DNA from: Pseudomonas phage LPPA15
DNA length: 41,592 bases
Sequence record: PV112476.1
Reading direction: 5' to 3' (one strand)
Position numbers and translations under genes: made by a program. The notes below the pieces were generated by a model, which did not search any database, was not told where the DNA came from, and worked only from the letters and a program-made list of their open reading frames with translations. Positions 36,411 through 41,592 of this stretch are shown here, piece by piece. How positions within the stretch are numbered: the stretch's first letter is position 1; each line of letters begins with the position of its first letter.

Positions 36411-36448
36411 CTTAAACGAAAAGACCGAACCTTGTTAGAAGTTCGGTC
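36411..36448 (-). terminator. Rho-independent terminator (GACCGAAC...GTTCGGTC hairpin with UUUUCGUUU on the minus strand) immediately after the RF-domain gene
   Basis: 8-bp perfect stem with a 10-nt loop and a U-run, 7 nt after the stop at 36455. Confidence 0.6.
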
Positions 36449-36454
36449 GTAGTG

Positions 36455-36820
36455 TTAGAAAAGGCATTGGCCGTTAAGTCGTCTTATGAACGCATGGGCT
36501 TTATAGTAAAGGTCGCCGGTTCCACGTTTCCAAGTCGAAACGCGCCAGTATCCAGCAACGAACACAATATGCGGTTTGCCCGGCGTGCGTTCGCGAATGG
36601 TCGAATTGTCGAAACTTTCTTTCGTCGGCTTCCAGTTTGCGACCTTGGCTTGCAGTTCTTCGAAAGCTTTTGCTTTGTTGCGATGCTGCGAACGTTCTTC
36701 GGCACATTCTGCGACCAAGCCGGAAGGAATATGCTTAATACGAACGCCGTTGTAATTCGGAACCCATGCCGAACCGCTGTTGTACGTCGTAACTTCAATG
36801 TCTGCGGGTTGAATATTCAT
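36455..36820 (-). CDS. Peptide-chain release factor GGQ-domain (RF-1 domain 3) homologue lacking the GGQ motif
   Basis: NIQPADIEVTTYNSGSAWVPNYNGVRIKHIPSGLVAECAEERSQHRNKAKA aligns to RF1/RF2 ...[50 protein letters not shown] with GGQ replaced and a 3-4 aa deletion. 121 aa, stand-alone. Confidence 0.6.
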   Translation of the reverse strand: MNIQPADIEVTTYNSGSAWVPNYNGVRIKHIPSGLVAECAEERSQHRNKAKAFEELQAKVANWKPTKESFDNSTIRERTPGKPHIVFVAGYWRVSTWKRGTGDLYYKAHAFIRRLNGQCLF

Positions 36821-36881
36821 AGCTTCATTCCTTCCGGGTCAATGTGGGCAGGCAAGCCCCATTCCGGGGCCGCTGGCGGGG

Positions 36882-37097
36882 TTACAGGAACGCGACGGTA
36901 TCCGACAGGTCCAAAGCCCGGCAAACAGCCTTGCGGCGTTCCTGCGCCTTGTCGTCGGGCGCGCTGCGCATCCAAATATCGGCGGCGCGTTGCGCATGTT
37001 CCGGGCCTGCGGTTCGCATAGACGCGATACGGTGCGCTTCCTTTGCTTCGTTCTTCGTAACTTCGACGACTTGGCGGTTAATACTCATTTTGTGCAT
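36882..37097 (-). CDS. Hypothetical small alpha-helical protein (partner gene in the RF-domain cassette)
   Basis: ATG 37097, 71 aa, directly downstream of the promoter at 37135-37163. Confidence 0.4.
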   Translation of the reverse strand: MHKMSINRQVVEVTKNEAKEAHRIASMRTAGPEHAQRAADIWMRSAPDDKAQERRKAVCRALDLSDTVAFL

Positions 37098-37134
37098 TTC
37101 GGTTTTCCTTTCGGTTGTTGGTTACGACGATTCA

Positions 37135-37163
37135 ATGCTAGTTCGTTAAAGCTACGTTGTCAA
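37135..37163 (-). promoter_or_regulatory. Sigma70-like promoter TTGACA-N17-TAGCAT
   Basis: Plus strand atgcta...tgtcaa, just downstream (minus sense) of the terminator at 37174-37195. Confidence 0.45.
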
Positions 37164-37173
37164 GCTTCGAACG

Positions 37174-37195
37174 AAAAAAAACCGCCCGAAGGCGG
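37174..37195 (-). terminator. Rho-independent terminator (CCGCC-TTCG-GGCGG hairpin followed by U8 on the minus strand)
   Basis: Plus strand aaaaaaaaccgcccgaaggcgg, 25 nt after the stop of gene 37220..37417. A T-rich run on the plus side as well makes it potentially bidirectional. Confidence 0.65.
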
Positions 37196-37219
37196 CTTGT
37201 TGTCTTTTCGCAACGTTGT

Positions 37220-37417
37220 TCAATAGTTGATAAGGAATTGCTTTACAAACTTGCGGCGGTCTTTCGATGCTATGCACAAATCGACCAAAGGGCGGTATTC
37301 AGGTTCAACGCGGTTTCGAACCCGCTTGGCAAAGTTACGAATTTCTTTGCCGTCTGCGCCCCAATGATACAAAAGCGCGATGCCTAACGCGAAATCAAGA
37401 ATCGTAAGTTCGTTCAT
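37220..37417 (-). CDS. Hypothetical small protein translationally coupled to the primase-polymerase gene (ATGA overlap)
   Basis: Internal ATG overlapping the primase-polymerase stop. Confidence 0.35.
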   Translation of the reverse strand: MNELTILDFALGIALLYHWGADGKEIRNFAKRVRNRVEPEYRPLVDLCIASKDRRKFVKQFLINY

Positions 37418-39732
37418 AGTCCGAACGCCTTTGCGTTTGAAATCATGTAACATTGTGCCGAAGTTCCGTAAGAATCATGCGCAAGCTTCGGGCTAAGTTG
37501 CTGAATATCGCCGCGTTCCGTAAGCGTCTTCAAAGCGCGTTTAAGTGCGCCGCTTGACCCGATGCGGTCTTTGCGGAACACGGCAACGGCTGCAAGCTTC
37601 CTTTGTACGAACGAATACGGAATTACTTTATTCGAATGAAGGTTGCCCATATTTTCGCCCGCGTATTTTGAAACTTCGGGCCAAGGCGAAACGACAAATT
37701 CTTTCATCGTCGAAATTACCTTGGCAAGCTGTTTCGTTTCGTCATTGTCTATGCCGATTTCGCCAGCGTTGAAACGGTCTAGCAAGTTGCGCACGTCGGC
37801 GACAATAAGATTCGTTGCCCATGCGGCGGCATCAACGGTAACGATTGGGTCGTAAGGGTTGCAACCTACGGCGACAAGTGCGGCAAGTTTCATTGCTTTA
37901 ATGTGCGCCCGGTTCCATAAATGGCGGCGAACTTCTTTGTCGGAACTGTTAATGTTCAAATCGCAATGCCGGTCGAATTCGTCGAACAATGCTTTCGCTT
38001 CCGGCGTAAATTGAACATGAACGGCTTTATGTTGGCTGTTCAACATAAGCGAATGCGCGCAAACTGTCGAAAGCCTGTCGATAAGTTCGAAGCTTGGTTG
38101 CGCGTAAATATGATTTGGGTTAAGCGGCGGTCGGTCGCCGTGATATTCAATCGTTGTAAAGCGCGGCAAAAGACCTTCGGAAATCAAACCTTCGTGCAAA
38201 CCTTCGTAAAATTTTTCGGGCGTTGATTCGCCAAGCAATGTAAAAGCCGGGGCGGTTACTGCCGAAGTGTTCTTTTCCTTGTCCGAATAAATCGACGGTC
38301 GAAGAACCTTGCCTTCGCCGCTTTTATTGTAGGCATCCAGTAAGAAACGACGAAGGCCCATAAGGTGCGAAGGTGCGTTGGGGCTTGCCATTTGTTGCAT
38401 ATAAATTCCGAATTCGCCGACCATCGAAACGAACGACGTTGGCCCCTTCGACATATATTTAATAACGGCTTGCGACGATGCAATTTCGCCCGGCCCGATA
38501 AAATCAACGGCGGCGGGTACGGTACGGATTACTTGCGCCATCAATTTATCGACGCCGCTTGCGATAGCTTCTTTACCTGTTCCGGTCGGCGCTAGAAGCA
38601 AGACGTATTGATTAAGCCCGGTTCCCGAAACGTTGTATGCCCTGCCCACAATACCGGCCAGAAAGCCAAGCGCGCCAGCCAAGGCGATTTCGGCAACAGG
38701 GCGCGGCGCTTGTGCGTAAATGAATTGGGCGATTTCGCCGACAAGGCCGGGCGGAACCGAATAAACGTTGGTTGTCGGGGCTGGAATTGCGACAGGCTGC
38801 GGCGTTTGTTGCGTTGCGTCGCTTTGTGCCATTGCGCGCGATTGTTCGGCCTTCGCTTTGGCTTCGATTGCTTCGTTAAGTTGGTTGCGCAATCCGTCAA
38901 TATCAACGGGCGGCAACATGCGGTCGAAGCATTTGTTAAGCATGTAATTAACGTAATCGACGCGCTTTCCTTTTTCGCGTTGGCCCAAACCCGACGCCCG
39001 AAACATTCGCGAAATCTGCGCCCGGTTTTGGGTATAGAACGCGATAATATCGACCAAGGCAAAGTCGGCTTCGGATTGCGACGGGTAATAATCTTGCCAA
39101 CGACCGGCGTAAAGGTCGGCGAACTTGTCGCCGTTTGCTGCGGCTGTTGCACGCGCCAAAATTTCTTCGTCGGTTTCTTTGGCTTCGGCTACGCCAGCAT
39201 AAACGGCGGCGGCAACCGAACCCGAACCCATTTGCGACCAAAGAACGTTCAATAGTTCGCCGCAATCTTTAATCGGCGCATTGCGGTAAATGTCGCCCGT
39301 CATCGTCATATAACGCGCCGAAGAATAAACTTCGATAAACGAACGACGACGACCCGACGGCAACGCGCCTTTAACGATGATATGTAAGCCGGAACCCGAA
39401 GGCGAACGTTCGGCGTAACTGTCAAATTCGTTAAAGATTTTAACTTGACGGTCTAACGCTGTTTGGTCGCCCTTTGTGTCGTCAAGGTCGATAAACGCGA
39501 ATGGGTCGGCTTCGGTCAATACGAAACCAATTCCGCTATACATGCCGGAAGTTGTTAGAACGTGCGCCGCTTCGTCGAAACTGGCCCAAGTGCTAGGGTC
39601 GGTTACGCTGGCAAGTCTGCCGTTCAATGCTGAATAAGGAACCTTCGTCGGTTTCGGCCCGTCTGTATCTTCGTAACGCCAAACAACCCATTGGCGGAAA
39701 ATCCGCATTTCTTGCGGTATATTGTTTAACAT
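37414..39732 (-). CDS. Bifunctional primase-polymerase with a C-terminal D5/P4-type NTPase-helicase domain
   Basis: Primase-polymerase motifs FAFIDLDD and SGSGLHIIVKG in the N-terminal 130 aa. P-loop-like LLLAPTGTGKEA at residues about 378-389 in the C-terminal half. Confidence 0.65.
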   Translation of the reverse strand: MLNNIPQEMRIFRQWVVWRYEDTDGPKPTKVPYSALNGRLASVTDPSTWASFDEAAHVLTTSGMYSGIGFVLTEADPFAFIDLDDTKGDQTALDRQVKIFNEFDSYAERSPSGSGLHIIVKGALPSGRRRSFIEVYSSARYMTMTGDIYRNAPIKDCGELLNVLWSQMGSGSVAAAVYAGVAEAKETDEEILARATAAANGDKFADLYAGRWQDYYPSQSEADFALVDIIAFYTQNRAQISRMFRASGLGQREKGKRVDYVNYMLNKCFDRMLPPVDIDGLRNQLNEAIEAKAKAEQSRAMAQSDATQQTPQPVAIPAPTTNVYSVPPGLVGEIAQFIYAQAPRPVAEIALAGALGFLAGIVGRAYNVSGTGLNQYVLLLAPTGTGKEAIASGVDKLMAQVIRTVPAAVDFIGPGEIASSQAVIKYMSKGPTSFVSMVGEFGIYMQQMASPNAPSHLMGLRRFLLDAYNKSGEGKVLRPSIYSDKEKNTSAVTAPAFTLLGESTPEKFYEGLHEGLISEGLLPRFTTIEYHGDRPPLNPNHIYAQPSFELIDRLSTVCAHSLMLNSQHKAVHVQFTPEAKALFDEFDRHCDLNINSSDKEVRRHLWNRAHIKAMKLAALVAVGCNPYDPIVTVDAAAWATNLIVADVRNLLDRFNAGEIGIDNDETKQLAKVISTMKEFVVSPWPEVSKYAGENMGNLHSNKVIPYSFVQRKLAAVAVFRKDRIGSSGALKRALKTLTERGDIQQLSPKLAHDSYGTSAQCYMISNAKAFGL

Positions 39733-39947
39733 TACTTCGCCGCCTTTTTCTTCGTAAGGTTCTTCAAATATGCGTTAAGCGCGCAAATAGTCACAACGCC
39801 CGGATTTTCTATTTTACCCCTTGCAAACTGATTCAACCAACCAACCGAAACGGAAAGGTCGGCGGCAATGGTCTTCATTTCCAGCGTTGCGGGCCGGTTC
39901 TTCAAAAGTTCGCGGGTTTCGTCGCGAAGTGCGGTCGGTTCGGCCAT
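39732..39947 (-). CDS. Cro/XRE-like helix-turn-helix regulator
   Basis: 71 aa from ATG 39947 with an AAGAAGG RBS; the track start is GTG 39956. Contains an HTH-like segment and is coupled to the primase-polymerase gene (shared nucleotide 39732). Confidence 0.5.
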   Translation of the reverse strand: MAEPTALRDETRELLKNRPATLEMKTIAADLSVSVGWLNQFARGKIENPGVVTICALNAYLKNLTKKKAAK

Positions 39948-39988
39948 GTTCGGCACCTTCTTAGGTCGGTTTTACGTCAATGCCCGCC

Positions 39989-40017
39989 ATGATAACGGGA
40001 AAAATAATTTCCGGCAA
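39989..40017 (-). promoter_or_regulatory. Sigma70-like promoter TTGCCG-N17-TATCAT for the leftward early operon
   Basis: Plus strand atgata 39989-39994 and cggcaa 40012-40017. Confidence 0.4.
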
Positions 40018-40029
40018 GAAAAAATTTTG

Positions 40030-40058
40030 TTGCGCATCGCGCGGCTTTGTCTTATGAT
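40030..40058 (+). promoter_or_regulatory. Sigma70-like promoter TTGCGC-N17-TATGAT for the rightward operon, back to back with the leftward promoter
   Basis: Hexamers read directly; the MazG gene starts 52 nt downstream. Confidence 0.35.
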
Positions 40059-40109
40059 GCTGGAACGCTTCGGCATGGGGCCGGGCGAACTTCAACGAAG
40101 GGCCGAACT

Positions 40110-40694
40110 ATGAACGCACCGCAACCCGTCTTCGACTATGTAGCCGAAGCCCATTTGACCGCATCGCCGAAGTTCTACGGCGAACTTGTACCGCTGGCGC
40201 ACTTCGACGCCGTTCTATCCCAAGCAATCGACGCGCTTAACGCACTTGACCGCGTGAAAAAGTGCCTTTTCTATGGTCGCGAACTTGGCCCGCTGGCCGA
40301 AGGCGTCGAAACTGGCGAAGTGTATCAAAATTGCAACGGTCTTCCGGGCTGGATTTCCGACCGCCCCGAAGACGACGAAAAAGCCCGCAATATCATTCAT
40401 GCAATCATCGGCAAGGCAACCGAAGCGGGCGAACTGTTGGAAGCTTTGCACGCAACCGCCATTCGCGGCGAAACCTTCGACGTTGCCAACGCTGGCGAAG
40501 AAATCGGCGACGGTTTTTGGTACGACGCCCTTTTGGCCCGCGCTTGTGGGCTTACCTTCGACGGCATCCAGCGAACCAACATCGCGAAGCTTCGCCATCG
40601 CTTCCCCGACCGTTTCACCGAATACGACGCGAACAATCGCGATTTGTTCGGCGAACGTCGTATTTTGGAAGAAGGCGAAAAAACTTCGTCGTAA
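40110..40694 (+). CDS. MazG-like nucleoside triphosphate pyrophosphohydrolase
   Basis: ...GEEIGDGFWY... and EAGELLEAL motifs typical of all-alpha NTP-PPases. GAAGGG RBS. Confidence 0.55.
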   Translation: MNAPQPVFDYVAEAHLTASPKFYGELVPLAHFDAVLSQAIDALNALDRVKKCLFYGRELGPLAEGVETGEVYQNCNGLPGWISDRPEDDEKARNIIHAIIGKATEAGELLEALHATAIRGETFDVANAGEEIGDGFWYDALLARACGLTFDGIQRTNIAKLRHRFPDRFTEYDANNRDLFGERRILEEGEKTSS

Positions 40695-40697
40695 CGC

Positions 40698-40726
40698 TTG
40701 ACAACATCGAAAAGCCGTCGTATAGT
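40698..40726 (+). promoter_or_regulatory. Sigma70-like promoter TTGACA-N17-TATAGT
   Basis: Read directly, immediately after the MazG stop. Confidence 0.5.
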
Positions 40727-40777
40727 TCAACCATACCGGCGCAATTGTGCGGCGGCTTAAACGAAAGGAACAAAATT

Positions 40778-41218
40778 ATGTCATTCAACGAAACCGCAAA
40801 TCGCGACGCAAAGATTCTTGCTTGGGAAGCCGCAGTTAAGGCGCTTGCCGCTGCGAAGGATGCCGAAGCCGCGTTGCGTAAAGAAGTCTTGGCCGAAGCT
40901 TTCGCGTTTGACCCGGAAGCATTGCGCGAAGGAACCGAAAACTTCGAACTTGGCAACGGTTACAAGCTGAAAGCTGTTTTCAAGATTTCGCGCAATCTGA
41001 ACAACGAAAACGAAGCCGTCGATAAGGTCTTGTCGAAGATTGAAAAGACCGGCCCCGAAGGTGCGTTTATCGCCGAACGTCTGGTAAAATGGAAACCCGA
41101 ACTTTCCGTTTCCGAATACAAGAAACTTCCCGAAAAGTTTAAAAAGCTGTTCGACGAAGTTGTTACTTCGAAAGAAGCGATGCCGTCGCTTGAACTGGTA
41201 GCGCCGAAGTCGAAGTAA
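40778..41218 (+). CDS. Hypothetical protein
   Basis: ATG 40778 with an AAAGGAA RBS; the track ORF 40262..41218 is artificially extended upstream. Confidence 0.45.
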   Translation: MSFNETANRDAKILAWEAAVKALAAAKDAEAALRKEVLAEAFAFDPEALREGTENFELGNGYKLKAVFKISRNLNNENEAVDKVLSKIEKTGPEGAFIAERLVKWKPELSVSEYKKLPEKFKKLFDEVVTSKEAMPSLELVAPKSK

Positions 41219-41577
41219 TGCGAAGACGGGAAGAACAATCGGCCTTAGCCCTTATCGAACGATTCTTGAAAGATAAGGGCGGGCTTACTTCCTATCAATT
41301 GGCCGAACTTTTGGGTATAAATATTCGAAACGTTCGGCCATACATGAAAATTTTGCACGATAGGAAGACCGTATTTATTCAGGATTGGAAAACGCCGAAA
41401 CATGGGCACGGCCCGAAGGTTCCGGTTTGGCGACTTGACGAATACGGCGACGGCGACGACGAACCTTATCCGAAACCAACTAGCCCACAACAACGGGCGC
41501 GAATTTACAGGAAGCGCAAAAATGCAAATGTCCAATTTAAAACCGGCGTCGGAACTGGCGCAACGCTTCGGCGTTAA
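41218..41577 (+). CDS. Helix-turn-helix DNA-binding protein (spans the circular junction; C-terminus equals nt 1-112)
   Basis: TSYQLAELLGINIRNV HTH with a basic C-terminal tail. TAATG overlap with the upstream gene. Confidence 0.45.
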   Translation: MRRREEQSALALIERFLKDKGGLTSYQLAELLGINIRNVRPYMKILHDRKTVFIQDWKTPKHGHGPKVPVWRLDEYGDGDDEPYPKPTSPQQRARIYRKRKNANVQFKTGVGTGATLRR

Positions 41578-41592
41578 AGCGTTGGTTTATGG

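Noticed and set aside
36452-37021. 189-aa plus-strand ORF overlapping the RF-domain gene and its partner
   Set aside because: It is antisense to two genes that have RBS, promoter and terminator support, and it has no RBS or motif of its own.
40262-41218. Long plus-strand ORF (318 aa) in the track overlapping the MazG gene and the following gene
   Set aside because: Arg-rich, low-complexity translation in the wrong frame relative to the clearly motif-bearing MazG gene. The real gene starts at ATG 40778 with an RBS; the rest is a frame artefact in biased-composition DNA.
1-41592. Apparent enrichment of the palindrome CGAAGCTTCG / AAGCTT (about 28 AAGCTT sites), often near promoters
   Set aside because: The whole genome is saturated with TTCG, CGAA and GCTT oligos (codon and dipeptide bias), so the excess is probably compositional rather than a specific site. 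Only the TTGACA-N17-TAnAAT architecture was retained.
1-41592. Search for tRNA genes, CRISPR repeats, integrase/att sites, and known uptake sequences (Neisseria DUS GCCGTCTGAA, Pasteurellaceae USS AAGTGCGGT)
   Set aside because: No cloverleaf-like GTTCGAATC-type T-arm sequence was seen in non-coding DNA. There are no regularly spaced direct repeats. No tyrosine or serine recombinase-like ORF (R..H..R..Y or S-recombinase motifs) is present. No DUS/USS copies were found. The element looks non-integrative or lytic on this evidence.

Overview
The window looks like a complete, circularly closed tailed dsDNA phage genome with siphovirus-type gene order. Nucleotides 1-127 are repeated exactly at 41466-41592, so the unique length is about 41,465 bp. 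Composition is roughly 50% GC with heavy TTCG/CGAA oligo bias. A 127-nt end overlap is typical of a k=127 assembly of a circular or terminally redundant molecule. All calls below come from reading the sequence and the ORF track, and no database search was run. The ORF-track 'M' starts include alternative start codons (GTG/TTG/ATA), so several starts were re-set to ATG codons with Shine-Dalgarno support.

Layout:
(i) The plus-strand arm runs from about 40.03 kb through the junction to 8.35 kb. It is a DNA replication and recombination module: MazG-like NTP pyrophosphatase, an HTH protein spanning the junction, a Sak4-like AAA ATPase, an SSB-like protein with a Gly/Gln/Pro-rich tail, a Zn-finger protein, a Cas4-like PD-(D/E)XK nuclease, an SF2 helicase, a DnaN-like sliding clamp whose C-terminus carries an SSB-type DDIPF tip, and a compact family-B DNA polymerase.
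(ii) The minus-strand early/accessory arm runs from 39.95 kb down to 31.6 kb. It holds a Cro-like HTH, a primase-polymerase/helicase, about 15 small ORFs including VRR-NUC, a TraR-like Zn finger, a dCMP deaminase and a release-factor domain protein lacking the GGQ motif. It is punctuated by several sigma70-like TTGACA-N16/17-TAnnAT promoters and hairpin-plus-U-run terminators.
(iii) The minus-strand late operon runs from 31.5 kb down to 8.35 kb: two holin-like proteins, an M15 endolysin, overlapping i-/o-spanins, TerS/TerL, portal, MuF-like protein, scaffold, major capsid, connectors, major tail protein, G/GT tail-assembly chaperones with an A_AAA_AAC -1 frameshift site, a 1194-aa tape measure, two tandem paralogous tail proteins, and three distal tail/tip proteins.

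Spanins and the M15 endolysin point to a Gram-negative host. No integrase, tRNA, CRISPR array, methyltransferase or rRNA was found.

Things worth a second look: a self-contained promoter-2 genes-terminator cassette encoding the GGQ-less release-factor domain protein; a sliding clamp fused to an SSB C-terminal tip beside an SSB-like protein that has the linker but no tip; a strand-biased, strongly over-represented CCCACACTAG oligomer; and an AT-rich iteron-like non-coding island.
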